Shown: positions 1 to 9,312 of the stretch, piece by piece
How the letters are laid out: every line of letters begins with the position of its first letter
Numbering within the stretch: position 1 is the first letter of the stretch
Virus record (IMG/VR): IMGVR_UViG_3300046524_000301
Location: 8,569 to 72,568 of that record
Reading direction: 5' to 3' (one strand)
DNA from: a virus
Taxonomy: Duplodnaviria > Caudoviricetes
DNA: 64,000 nucleotides
Made by a program: the position numbers and the translations under genes
Notes under the pieces: generated by a model
Told to the model about the DNA's origin: nothing
Databases searched by the model: none
What the model saw: the letters and a program-made list of their open reading frames with translations, nothing else

Positions 1-341
1 TTCTCATCACAGAATTCTTTAAACTGAGGTATACCTGAGGGCTCAACGATAACAACAGGGATTGTCCCCGATAGAATTGCGTTAGATGCGTCTTCTTTAA
101 GGGTGCCATAAAATTGCCCACGGAAATTAACGTGTTGTACGAATTTGTCCTGTTCAAGGAGACGTTCAAAAATAGGAATGCTTGTGAAGTGATAATCGAC
201 GCCGTCCTTTTCGCCTTCTCGCATAGGACGGGTTGCTACGCTTACGAGACGGGAAAACTTCCCAGTCTCACAAAGCTTATTAAGTAGTTCAGTTTTTCCC
301 GATCCGCTAGGACCAGTGATGGTGATTAGATGTTTAGACAT
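1..341 (-). CDS. gmk: guanylate kinase-like protein (runs off window start)
   Basis: Manual translation MSKHLITITGPSGSGKTEL...TRPMREGEKDGVDYHF gives a P-loop plus the guanylate kinase signature; not in the ORF track because it is truncated. Confidence 0.85.
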   Translation of the reverse strand, partial: MSKHLITITGPSGSGKTELLNKLCETGKFSRLVSVATRPMREGEKDGVDYHFTSIPIFERLLEQDKFVQHVNFRGQFYGTLKEDASNAILSGTIPVVIVEPSGIPQFKEFCDE

Positions 342-417
342 TTACATTACTCTTGCTTTATTAACGTTCCTCATGATACATTACCTCCATAGGAGACGCA
401 AGGTCTCAACGGAAACC

Positions 418-1203
418 ATGACAGATTTATCCAAATATTATGAGAGCATTTGCTCGCAACCCCTTCTTAACCGCGAAGAAGAATATGATTTGTTTTTAGA
501 ATACTATGATCCAGCTATTTCTAAGGCTAAAAAAGAAGCTATTAAAAATAGAATTATTCAAAGTAACTTACGTTTTGCTTTCAAACAAGCAAAATATTTT
601 AGTAAAGGAGACCTCTACTTATTTGAAGAGTTGATCGGCGCTGCGAATGAAGGCCTGCTTGTAGGATTTGAAAAATATAAACCCACGACAGAGGTTAGAT
701 TTTTGAGCTACAGCGGGTGGTGGGTAAATCAAAGAATCCTTTATGCAATGTCAAAGGTTCGCATTGTGTCTCTTCCTATTTGGAGGCAACAGCTCGGACA
801 ACGCATTCAGAAATACATGGAAGCCAATCCTGACAAGTGCTCTTTCGAAGACTTGAAACAGGAGTTCCCCGACGTCTCAGATAAAGACCTCAGGGAACTT
901 TCCGAATCGAAATTCCTTACATACTACATTGAAGACATGGGCTCAGACGGACCTGAGTTCGAGATTGACCCGATTGGGACAGAAGTAGAGAGCCGAATTG
1001 ACAAAGAGCGTATTCATCATATGATCGATGAACTGCCTAGCCCGCACAAAGAAATCGTCCTCATGGCCTATGGGGTCAAAGACGGCGAGGAAAAAACTCA
1101 TGCGGAGATGGCATCAAACCTTAACATCTCCAAAGATCAACTACGTGCTTATAAACGAGAAGCAATGGAGATGCTTAAGGAAAAGCTGGTTCCCGGAAAG
1201 TAA
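418..1203 (+). CDS. phage sigma70-family factor
   Basis: Region 1.2-like (PLLNREEE), region 2 (SNLRFAFKQAK, AANEGLL, RFLSYSGWWV) and region 4 HTH; start moved to MTDLSK at 418 because the track start (316) overlaps gmk. Confidence 0.85.
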   Translation: MTDLSKYYESICSQPLLNREEEYDLFLEYYDPAISKAKKEAIKNRIIQSNLRFAFKQAKYFSKGDLYLFEELIGAANEGLLVGFEKYKPTTEVRFLSYSGWWVNQRILYAMSKVRIVSLPIWRQQLGQRIQKYMEANPDKCSFEDLKQEFPDVSDKDLRELSESKFLTYYIEDMGSDGPEFEIDPIGTEVESRIDKERIHHMIDELPSPHKEIVLMAYGVKDGEEKTHAEMASNLNISKDQLRAYKREAMEMLKEKLVPGK

Positions 1204-1287
1204 TTACTTCGTCGGGGGTACCGGCCAGCAGTCCCAGTTCCAAGGCATGTTGTCTCTACCTACGATAAAACCATAATCTCTTTCAGT

Positions 1288-1728
1288 CTAATCCAGAGGC
1301 TTAATCTTGCGAGGCCTGCCACGTCCGCGTTTGACAGGCTGTTCTCCGTTTTGGGGTTGGCTTTGAGGGGCTAAAGTTTCCGACGAAACTTCCTTAGCCG
1401 CCTGAACTGTAGTAGCTTCAGACGGTTGACTTACCTGTAGATTCCCAGGTTCGTCCAATACTCCTGCGTTTTTTGGTGGTCGTCCTCGCCTCTTCCGAGG
1501 TTCAGACACGATATCGGAAGATTCAACTCCGACATTACTTCTTCCAGCGCTATTTCTTCCAGCAGGGGAATTGTCGCCTTCTTTATCTCGGCGGTAATTC
1601 TCGGTTGCCCCCGGTCCTGAAAAAACTTTGCCCGAGTTTTTCCCGAAGTCAAATCGTGGAAATGGCCAATGGAAGGCCTCGGGTTTTGTTTCAGACTTTT
1701 CGTCAGGCTCTTCTTTGTGCTTTGACAT
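1288..1728 (-). CDS. disordered AT-hook DNA-binding protein
   Basis: Two AT-hook motifs, RRGRPPK and KRGRGRPRK; AAGGA RBS; downstream of TGGTATAAG at 1836-1844. Confidence 0.6.
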   Translation of the reverse strand: MSKHKEEPDEKSETKPEAFHWPFPRFDFGKNSGKVFSGPGATENYRRDKEGDNSPAGRNSAGRSNVGVESSDIVSEPRKRRGRPPKNAGVLDEPGNLQVSQPSEATTVQAAKEVSSETLAPQSQPQNGEQPVKRGRGRPRKIKPLD

Positions 1729-1766
1729 TCTTCCAGTCCTTCTTTCATTGACAGGTCTTGCATCAC
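1431..1766 (-). CDS. hypothetical protein overlapping the AT-hook gene in another frame
   Basis: 111-aa ORF with GGAG RBS before a GTG start; first ORF after the promoter. Confidence 0.4.
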   Translation of the reverse strand: MMQDLSMKEGLEECQSTKKSLTKSLKQNPRPSIGHFHDLTSGKTRAKFFQDRGQPRITAEIKKATIPLLEEIALEEVMSELNLPISCLNLGRGEDDHQKTQEYWTNLGIYR

Positions 1767-1835
1767 TTCTGACTCCAGTTGGTCTTGGCCAAAAAATAGG
1801 TATTGATTTTAAGATTAATACTACTTCACAATACT

Positions 1836-1844
1836 CTTATACCA
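1836..1844 (-). promoter_or_regulatory. early-type promoter motif TGGTATAAG (representative copy)
   Basis: Identical 9-mer on the - strand at 1836, 5181, 5794, 7327, 10909, 16365, 16856, 16933, 27670, 34191, 49089, 56183, 56638, 58824, 61441 and 63862; TGGTATAAC at 33446 and 63367; a + strand copy at 30736. Each lies just upstream of a co-oriented gene. Confidence 0.85.
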
Positions 1845-1858
1845 AAAAGCTATATTGA

Positions 1859-2467
1859 TTATGAACCGATCCATGCTGCGTCATGTGAAACGTTTGAATC
1901 GTGGAGAGCGTATTCGATTTCAGATTCCTTAGCCAAAGAATATCCGTATTTATAAAGGCTAGACAGAATCCAATCGTAATGACTTCTGTATTCTACTAAA
2001 GTACAGCTCTTTCGTAACGTAACCATTTGAACAACGTTTCCGTTGTGAAGCTTTTTAAACGAGTTACGACTACAGTGTAATCCGAGACCCTGTGACAGTC
2101 CCTTTAGAAACATGACGCCTTCTTCTTTTACAACAACTGGTATGTGAGTTTCAAAATAACCCTCTTTCGAATCCTCGCCATGTAAAAGCGCTTTCGGATG
2201 CCAAGGAACAGTTTCGATCTTCTCCCGAACAACATTAAATCCTTTTGATTGTAAGTACCAGGAAATTTCCTTCATCCTGGTCCATGCGTCTGTATCATCC
2301 CCTGACAATTTAGAGGATGTCATCACGTCCTGAATACTACTCGTATCCTGCAATTGCAAGTCCAGAACAATAGGCTTTACGCCAATCGCTCCACACTCTT
2401 CAATAAACTTCTTAACATCATCTGTTTTTACAGTTACGTGAATTTCGTAGTGGAGCGGTTTGTCCAT
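1859..2467 (-). CDS. hypothetical protein (duplicated E-x-H-I/V ferredoxin-like halves)
   Basis: 202-aa ORF in the operon; YEIHVTV and FETHIPV repeats. Confidence 0.6.
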   Translation of the reverse strand: MDKPLHYEIHVTVKTDDVKKFIEECGAIGVKPIVLDLQLQDTSSIQDVMTSSKLSGDDTDAWTRMKEISWYLQSKGFNVVREKIETVPWHPKALLHGEDSKEGYFETHIPVVVKEEGVMFLKGLSQGLGLHCSRNSFKKLHNGNVVQMVTLRKSCTLVEYRSHYDWILSSLYKYGYSLAKESEIEYALHDSNVSHDAAWIGS

Positions 2468-2468
2468 T

Positions 2469-2930
2469 TTAAGTATCTTGCATAGGAATCACTTTAACGC
2501 CTGTCTCAGCATAGATCTTTTGAGCCAAGCCCCAACTTTCTTTCCAACGTTCTACATCGAGAACTTTAGCTTCGACATAGACTTCTTTAATACCAGACTG
2601 GACTATTGCACGAGCACAATCAACACAGGTAGGTAAAGTGGAAACATAGATTCTGCTACCATCGAGCTTGTGACCAGAGCTTGCAGCGCTATAGATAGCA
2701 TTGCGCTCAGCGTGTTCGGCCCACTGGTACTTTTCTCTTGTTCTGTCGTGTCGTTCTGGATGATCTTCTGGATTGTCATTTGCTCCTCTCGGGAAACCAT
2801 TATAGCCCCATGACAGAGGCTTATTTTGTGCATCAAGAATTAATGCGCCCACCTTACTTGATGTGTCTTTACTATACAGCTCACCGATAAACTTTGCGTG
2901 AGCCATATGCTTTGCATGATTGTTACTCAT
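2469..2930 (-). CDS. dCMP deaminase
   Basis: SKD..KVGA, GYNG, HAERNAI and CxxC (TCVDC) zinc deaminase motifs. Confidence 0.9.
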   Translation of the reverse strand: MSNNHAKHMAHAKFIGELYSKDTSSKVGALILDAQNKPLSWGYNGFPRGANDNPEDHPERHDRTREKYQWAEHAERNAIYSAASSGHKLDGSRIYVSTLPTCVDCARAIVQSGIKEVYVEAKVLDVERWKESWGLAQKIYAETGVKVIPMQDT

Positions 2931-3201
2931 CGAACAGTTCTTTTAGTTTTCGATTGAATTCATATATGTCATTGTATTTATTTGCTTTAAGCAACTTGTC
3001 GACATCAAAAAGGAGTTTCGCTCCAAAAAAGAGAAACATGATATTCATAGCTGGAATCAAGCCCAGTATAAGAGCAGCGATAGCATGAATATTCTCTACC
3101 TCTGCCCTTGCATCACGTTTCTCTATAACTGCTACGACCTTTGGCCCGAACCAAATGCATAGAGCCAAAGTAATCAGATAAATCACCAACATTACGTACA
3201 T
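2923..3201 (-). CDS. small membrane protein
   Basis: Two hydrophobic segments; coupled to neighbouring genes. Confidence 0.6.
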   Translation of the reverse strand: MYVMLVIYLITLALCIWFGPKVVAVIEKRDARAEVENIHAIAALILGLIPAMNIMFLFFGAKLLFDVDKLLKANKYNDIYEFNRKLKELFDE

Positions 3202-3203
3202 AC

Positions 3204-3404
3204 CTACTCGCTTGTATTTTCCTTTAATTCTTTTACAAGCGGAGGATTAGAATCCATGATAACGGATCCATCAGGCAAATCAACAAACGTAAGTTTATGA
3301 CCGTCATACTCAATTACCGGTTCAGCATTAGCAGCAGCTTCTTCTCGCTTCTTCTGCTGTTCAATAATATCTTTAAGCGTCTTTTCGTTGATGTGGAAAA
3401 ACAT
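3204..3404 (-). CDS. hypothetical protein
   Basis: 66-aa ORF tightly packed in the operon. Confidence 0.55.
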   Translation of the reverse strand: MFFHINEKTLKDIIEQQKKREEAAANAEPVIEYDGHKLTFVDLPDGSVIMDSNPPLVKELKENTSE

Positions 3405-3409
3405 AGTTC

Positions 3410-5035
3410 CTACTTGTAAATGAATGCGTCTTTAAGCCACTTCGGAAGCTTCGCTGAATTCTTCTGGATAAACTTATTGAAACGAGAGTCCATCAGAAAC
3501 GTTACTCCAAAGTCGTCCTCTGCCCGGTTAACCCGACCGATCTGTTGGCCAAAGGTAAGTAGAGCCCAATAATTATACTTCGGAAAATCATTCTCTACAA
3601 CATGCTTCACATACTCATCAGACGTGTTCAGGTACGGGATACGTAGTACGATCTGGAACCTCGCACGGTCGTACTTGAAGTCCACTCCTTGCTGACAGAC
3701 AGGAGATAAAAAGACCTTAGGTTCGGTAGAGTTATAGAACTCCTGCAGTTTCTCTTGCGCATTAGTTTTGTCATGCCAGATGACACGGTCGGGCGGTAAC
3801 CAACTAGCAATTTCTTCAGCTGCTTGGTAGGACGGAACATGGATTAATCCTTTAACGTCATGGAAGATTTTCAGGATCTTGCTGATTTTCGCAATCATAT
3901 CCTTGAAGTTACTATCCCAGTTTGCAAACGAAGTATCAACCTGATAGTCAGGCTTCAAATAAATTGGACGAGTCTTTACCGGGAACGTCGATGGAACACG
4001 GATAAAGTATGCATCATCCGGGTTAATACCAATGCTTTTACAGAACATGGTCTTATCGTAAATCGTACCTGACATCAATAAGACGTGTTCACCAAAGTTA
4101 AAGATCAAATTCGTCGGAGCATTACCTACGCTATGCGGAATGAACTCAAACGTGGTATTGATACAACGCTCACCTACGTAATTCGGAATACGACGCACAG
4201 TAAATGCATGACCGTAATAGTCAGCCTTTTCACGAAACGTTAGAATTTGTTCGAGATACTTATCCTGTTCAGTTACGTAGGTTTCGTCTACTTCCTTCAA
4301 CGCTTTTTCAGAAGCCGTAATCGCCGGAAGGAATCGCTCTGATTCAAAGAAATCACACCAGGCATCAACACTGATTTCCTCAGGCATATCCAGGGCTTCA
4401 ACGAGGCCTCGGACTGTGATTTTCTTGGTGATGAATTCCCGAATAATACCTTCAATCAAATGAGCTTCATCAACAACCAACAGTTTTCTCTTCTCAAACT
4501 TACCACTGAAATTTGTCTGGAAGATAAAAGAATGGATGTTGTGAATAACCGTGTGATGCTGCTGAGCTGTTTCAATTGCTGCAGTGTACGGACAAGCGCC
4601 TTGTGATTCAACACAAAGGTTATACACAGTCTGACTATTACGACACGGAGCCGTTGCACAGCTGTCTTCACCCCGAGCAGGCTGCTTAACCTGACCTTTA
4701 TGAATGTCACTAATGACCTTCAAATAAATACGTTTACCACGACCACGAGTACACGGATAAGCATTCCGTCCTTTCATCAGGACAGAGTCTTCTTCGAAGT
4801 CTTCGTAGTATTGGTTTTGCAGAGATTTCTGCGGAGTTAGGATGTGAGAGTCCCTAAACTTTCTTGCGAAGGTCATAGCTACAGGTGATTTACCTGAACC
4901 AACCGGGGCTTCAAGGATAATGAACTTCTTACCCTCTTTAAATGCGTTATCTACTTCTAGCAGAACGGCTTTCTGATTTGATCTCGGAGTTTTGAGAGGG
5001 AAAAAAGAAAGGATATCGCTTTGATTTTCCTGCAT
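3410..5035 (-). CDS. DinG/XPD-family SF2 helicase
   Basis: EAPVGSGKS, KGRNAYPC with further Cys (Fe-S-like), VDEAH, MSGT, QQIGRVNR, DSRF. Confidence 0.9.
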   Translation of the reverse strand: MQENQSDILSFFPLKTPRSNQKAVLLEVDNAFKEGKKFIILEAPVGSGKSPVAMTFARKFRDSHILTPQKSLQNQYYEDFEEDSVLMKGRNAYPCTRGRGKRIYLKVISDIHKGQVKQPARGEDSCATAPCRNSQTVYNLCVESQGACPYTAAIETAQQHHTVIHNIHSFIFQTNFSGKFEKRKLLVVDEAHLIEGIIREFITKKITVRGLVEALDMPEEISVDAWCDFFESERFLPAITASEKALKEVDETYVTEQDKYLEQILTFREKADYYGHAFTVRRIPNYVGERCINTTFEFIPHSVGNAPTNLIFNFGEHVLLMSGTIYDKTMFCKSIGINPDDAYFIRVPSTFPVKTRPIYLKPDYQVDTSFANWDSNFKDMIAKISKILKIFHDVKGLIHVPSYQAAEEIASWLPPDRVIWHDKTNAQEKLQEFYNSTEPKVFLSPVCQQGVDFKYDRARFQIVLRIPYLNTSDEYVKHVVENDFPKYNYWALLTFGQQIGRVNRAEDDFGVTFLMDSRFNKFIQKNSAKLPKWLKDAFIYK

Positions 5036-5064
5036 GGCTGTTTCACCGAATTAATGAGATTAGG

Positions 5065-5174
5065 GAGAAAGACCGCCATCTGCGCACGAGGTTATGCGGC
5101 CTACGTGGACATCAACGATTAAGAGCGGGCAGGGTGAGTGCCTGGAGTCCTAATGCCTAACAGTGGTCTTTCTC
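5065..5174 (-). ncRNA. structured leader or candidate small RNA closed by a 10-bp inverted repeat
   Basis: GAGAAAGACC (5065-5074) pairs with GGTCTTTCTC (5165-5174) and encloses internal hairpins; begins at the predicted start site of the 5181 promoter. Confidence 0.45.
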
Positions 5175-5205
5175 AATTCTCTTATACCAAAAACCGAAGT
5201 CTAAA

Positions 5206-5712
5206 TTAACCTCGGACAATTACATCTATAAAGTCATATTTGAGACGACTGCAAATACCCATAACCGAGCCGAGCATATCTCTGAATCCAACATCCAGTA
5301 AGTCCATATCTAAAGGATTGTCTTCATCAAATCCAGATGCGAAATACTCCAGTACGATATTCGAACTAATGTAAAGGAGATTTGTGCATGCTAGAGTTAC
5401 ATCCATTCTTAGTGCAACGCTTATTTCTTCTTCAAAGTATTCCTGTAATTCATCGTACTCTGGAAGCTCAATATCAAGGCAGTGAGCTAGAATGCCGATG
5501 TGCTCAACAATAATCTGTAAATCACTTCGAATGCTGCTTTCATCTGGTACTTCAGACGTTCCACGGACTTCGTACATAGAAATCAATACGCCTGAAACAG
5601 AACCGATGATATTAACGTTACAAGCTGAGATCAGATCCTCAGCCTGAACATACTTTTCATTAGAGAGGTACTCTTCGAGACCTCGGGATGTCAACTTGTG
5701 AATCTCTTCCAT
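5206..5712 (-). CDS. acidic helical hypothetical protein (possibly degenerate MazG-like)
   Basis: 168-aa ORF, GAGG RBS, own promoter at 5794; MazG resemblance is weak. Confidence 0.55.
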   Translation of the reverse strand: MEEIHKLTSRGLEEYLSNEKYVQAEDLISACNVNIIGSVSGVLISMYEVRGTSEVPDESSIRSDLQIIVEHIGILAHCLDIELPEYDELQEYFEEEISVALRMDVTLACTNLLYISSNIVLEYFASGFDEDNPLDMDLLDVGFRDMLGSVMGICSRLKYDFIDVIVRG

Positions 5713-5804
5713 AACTACCTCAAAAACAACAGCTTATACTACTAAGACTTCCTTGCCAAGTGGCTTTCGGTATGAGTGTTTTACTACAAGATGCTTATAC
5801 CAAA

Positions 5805-6479
5805 TTAATCAGCTTCCTTGAGATCAAATTGAACCCCGAAGAAAGCCTCTGGATTTGAAATTGCATTCTTGATATGAGTTGCGATATCCTCGCTTAACAA
5901 AACTTCGAAATGATTAAAAGGAGCTTCCATCTTCTTAGCTCCTCTCAATGCGCGTTGAGAATTAACAGTTACAACACCGTCGTTAGCTTCTGGGTAAATA
6001 GGGTTGTTACCGGAAGTGGTAACGAAGTTAAGCGTAGGAACTACTGCACCTGCAGAACGGAGATCATTGATTACTCGATTTTTCGTGGAGATATTCTTAA
6101 AGAGATGATAATGAGGGAACATCCATTGCAGATAATCAGCTCCTTCGCATCCACCGAGCGGGGAAGCAAGTGTGACTACACATCTGATATCCTTGCTAAG
6201 AGCAAAGTGTTTTACTCGTTGAGACACAGCTACGGCCAATACCCCGCCTAGACTGTGACCGACTAAATAGATAGGCGTATTATCAGGGAGATTTTCTGCG
6301 ATAATTTCTGTGGTTGTAGAGATAGGATCTTGACAATCGTATCGTACATTTACAAACTTCATGCCTTCAAACCGTTCGTCTAATTTCAGACTGGCTTGAA
6401 TATGAGTAAATGATAGTGGCGTGGCATTAGCACCGTGTATGAACCAAATTTCTGGTCTACTGTTAGTTTCGTTATTCAT
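5805..6479 (-). CDS. alpha/beta hydrolase (lipase/esterase-like)
   Basis: FIHG, GHSLGG nucleophile elbow, NDGVV, NH catalytic His. Confidence 0.85.
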   Translation of the reverse strand: MNNETNSRPEIWFIHGANATPLSFTHIQASLKLDERFEGMKFVNVRYDCQDPISTTTEIIAENLPDNTPIYLVGHSLGGVLAVAVSQRVKHFALSKDIRCVVTLASPLGGCEGADYLQWMFPHYHLFKNISTKNRVINDLRSAGAVVPTLNFVTTSGNNPIYPEANDGVVTVNSQRALRGAKKMEAPFNHFEVLLSEDIATHIKNAISNPEAFFGVQFDLKEAD

Positions 6480-6798
6480 CTTGCAAAATCCATTTTGTGA
6501 ATTCAGGATTATCTTTTAAAACTCCCAACAGCACACTCGCAAGATTGCTTACTTGTCGTTCCGTCATTTTAAGAAATAACGTTTCATCTATAGCATGAAT
6601 GGTTTCATGTAGGAGAGTGTCCTGCCTATATGCCAACGCAGGCTGTTCTCTTACGTGTAGTTCTTGTGCAGCAGTTTTACAAAGACCATCTGCGTCCTCA
6701 TATTCGTCGTCCTTCATTTTGACGATTTTGAAAACTTTGCCTAACACCCTGACTTGACTAGGCATTTTATTGTACTTCGGGCTTTTAACTTTGTCCAT
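6472..6798 (-). CDS. HExxH metallopeptidase-like phage protein
   Basis: TLLHETIHA motif. Confidence 0.7.
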   Translation of the reverse strand: MDKVKSPKYNKMPSQVRVLGKVFKIVKMKDDEYEDADGLCKTAAQELHVREQPALAYRQDTLLHETIHAIDETLFLKMTERQVSNLASVLLGVLKDNPEFTKWILQDE

Positions 6799-7050
6799 CT
6801 CTTGATCTCCAGGTTAGCCTATACTTCGTTATTAAGCTAAAAAAAGAGCCTGGATAAAAAAACGCCCCGAACTTCGGAGCGTCTCTTTAGCACTTATTGC
6901 AGTCTTTGTCTTTCTTTCCGAAGATACCGGCGAACATACCGGCGATTGCAGAAACTACCATCGACGCACAGATCACGACGACGATAATCACAAAAAACAT
7001 GATTATTATCGCTTTAAGGAAAAACGTTATCATTTCAGTCTCCTGACTGA

Positions 7051-7284
7051 CTACCGATGGCACTCGACGTAATACGCAGAGTAGCGATCGTCTGACTTCT
7101 GGCGGGAAACCGTGTCCGCACACACGGCTTTTTCCGGAAGGCTCAGATGGTTGTTGTAGAGGTTTGCCACGTAGCTCGTCAAAGCTAGAGCTGCGATCAA
7201 GAACGCTGCACGCATGCGAGAATCAAACTTCGCATGTTTGTTTTGTTCGATAATATGGCGACCATCAATGTTGATCATATTCAT
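7051..7284 (-). CDS. small membrane protein
   Basis: One TM segment; behind promoter 7327; followed by another small TM ORF ending at 6887. Confidence 0.5.
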   Translation of the reverse strand: MNMINIDGRHIIEQNKHAKFDSRMRAAFLIAALALTSYVANLYNNHLSLPEKAVCADTVSRQKSDDRYSAYYVECHR

Positions 7285-7358
7285 TTGGAACTCACCCTTC
7301 CAAAAAAGATTGTTATATCCAATTCTCTTATACCAAGTTGAGGTACTTGTATTGAGCT

Positions 7359-8012
7359 TTAAACGTGCCTTAGAGCCTCTCGCTCCCGGTTTACCTTAGT
7401 CAGGTACTCTCTAGGTTTACGACCCTTCAGAAAGCTTCCTATCCCGACATTGTACGCCATGATAGCCTTTGACGAAGACCCCGTCATGGAATAGTACTCA
7501 ACGAGCACGTCAGAACCGACACGTATATTCGTGTCTATATTTGTCAAAGCTTCCCCCCGTGTTTTATCACGATGAGACTTTGCCTCGATTTGCATCAATC
7601 CCCAAGATCCACGGTGATGTGCATTGGTGTTGAAAGTAGACTCTACCGCTATGATAGCGAGAAGGTCTTCCGTTCTCGGAAAATCTGGACGAGCATACTT
7701 CTGTGCTGCGTAAACGATTTTCGAAATAAGCGATTCAGGCTTGTTGAATCTACTTGCAACAAATTTGATCAAACGTAAAGTGTGCTGATCTTCCGGATCT
7801 ATCTGAACTGGTAATTCACCAAGTCCAGTCAGGGAGAAGTTTTGCTGCTGAAAAACTGTGAGAACGTCGGTTGAAGTGGAAAGGGATGTTGATAAAACAG
7901 GCGTATTGATTGGTGTATCAAGTTTGACTTCTTGTGAGCCGCACGCCGAGAGTAGCACCGGTACTGCTAGTGCGAGGATAACAACACCTACCCATCGTCG
8001 GATGTAAGCCAT
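7359..8012 (-). CDS. SLT-family lytic transglycosylase, lipoprotein
   Basis: Lipobox LSAC; VESTF, GLMQI and AYNVG SLT motifs; GGAGG RBS. Confidence 0.85.
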   Translation of the reverse strand: MAYIRRWVGVVILALAVPVLLSACGSQEVKLDTPINTPVLSTSLSTSTDVLTVFQQQNFSLTGLGELPVQIDPEDQHTLRLIKFVASRFNKPESLISKIVYAAQKYARPDFPRTEDLLAIIAVESTFNTNAHHRGSWGLMQIEAKSHRDKTRGEALTNIDTNIRVGSDVLVEYYSMTGSSSKAIMAYNVGIGSFLKGRKPREYLTKVNREREALRHV

Positions 8013-8100
8013 TGGATGAACCTCCGTTAAGTGAAATAAAAAAAGGCTCGACGACCTTCGTCGTGAGCCCTTTGAATGAGTTTAACCCATCCACTTTGCC

Positions 8101-8451
8101 TTAGTGAAGCGAGTGTTGCTTTCTTGCAACACGTGTAAGCAAAAACTCTTCGGGTTTATACTGAGTTTCCACATCATACACCCAGGGTTTTGAACTTTTC
8201 GTGCGAAGGAAATAAATCGACTGATACAACTTGATACGATTTTCCCGAGCGTTCGGATACAGCACGCCTTCGGGATACGCATTGGCGATCAACTTCAACA
8301 GAGCTTCGCCATTGGGTCCGACTGCCATTTCCGGCATTTCCGGAAGATGTTCGTAGATATCCAGCGGAAGAGTCGGAACGAATTTCTTCTCTACGACAGC
8401 GCCGTTTTCAATCAGAGCGCTCTTACGCGTAAACAGGTTCAGAATGTTCAT
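8101..8451 (-). CDS. hypothetical protein
   Basis: 116-aa ORF with AAGGA RBS. Confidence 0.6.
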   Translation of the reverse strand: MNILNLFTRKSALIENGAVVEKKFVPTLPLDIYEHLPEMPEMAVGPNGEALLKLIANAYPEGVLYPNARENRIKLYQSIYFLRTKSSKPWVYDVETQYKPEEFLLTRVARKQHSLH

Positions 8452-8528
8452 GACGGATCCTTTGACAAGTATGATATTTTATAATGCAAGACAGGGCAGA
8501 AGTTTCTATGTTTCTGCCCACGCCCTGT

Positions 8529-9230
8529 TTACCGCGCTGCCAGAACAGGCAGACCTTCACGACGACGCACGAACGGATCGAGCGATTCGCCGCGTGCTAC
8601 AACTTCCTTCTTGACCAGCTCTGCATCCGCTGCGGACTTCGCCGACCGCTCGGAATCCGACAGAGGACAATCGATACCTGCGTCACGCATGCTCTTACGG
8701 ACAATGTCCGAAACGTTGCACTGCATGTTCACAGCCGCGTTTGCAAGCTTACCAGACATTTCAGCGTACTGCTTTGCGAGGTCCGGGTTACCGGCCTGTG
8801 CGGCTTTTGCAGCAGCATTACCATACGTGGCCGAATACTCCATCGTATGAACAGATGCAACTTCGAGAACGCAAGCTACTCCAGGCTCGCCGAGAACGGG
8901 CTTACCTGCGGCGATGGTAACGTACGGGGCGCTCACCCCCGCTTGTGCTGTACCACCGCAGTAATTGGGGGAAAACGAGCCGGCGTAACCGCTCAGACCG
9001 ATGGACTGATTCGAGCCGGTGATTCCGCTGATGTGTTCATGCAACGTTGTGTCCGACGGAGTCGTCGTGTTGAAGTTGTTGATTGCGTTAACACCCTGAT
9101 TCGCAGAGGTGCTTTGCGATGCTGCGTTGTTCGTGCTGGTAGTGCTGGCATTCACGTTGGTCTGTGCAAACACCCCGGTAACAACCAAGCTCAGAGCAAT
9201 GCCCAGAGCAAATTTATTCAAACTTTTCAT
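8529..9230 (-). CDS. secreted protein with Cys-containing C-terminal domain
   Basis: Signal peptide (VTGVFA-Q), S/T/N-rich linker, four Cys, GC-rich codons, GGAG RBS. Confidence 0.7.
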   Translation of the reverse strand: MKSLNKFALGIALSLVVTGVFAQTNVNASTTSTNNAASQSTSANQGVNAINNFNTTTPSDTTLHEHISGITGSNQSIGLSGYAGSFSPNYCGGTAQAGVSAPYVTIAAGKPVLGEPGVACVLEVASVHTMEYSATYGNAAAKAAQAGNPDLAKQYAEMSGKLANAAVNMQCNVSDIVRKSMRDAGIDCPLSDSERSAKSAADAELVKKEVVARGESLDPFVRRREGLPVLAAR

Positions 9231-9312
9231 GATTCACTACTCCGAACTACGTTGTTGTTGTGGAACGGGCCAGCCGGTCCGACTAGCCCGTTTTACCTTT
9301 TACTACTTCGGC

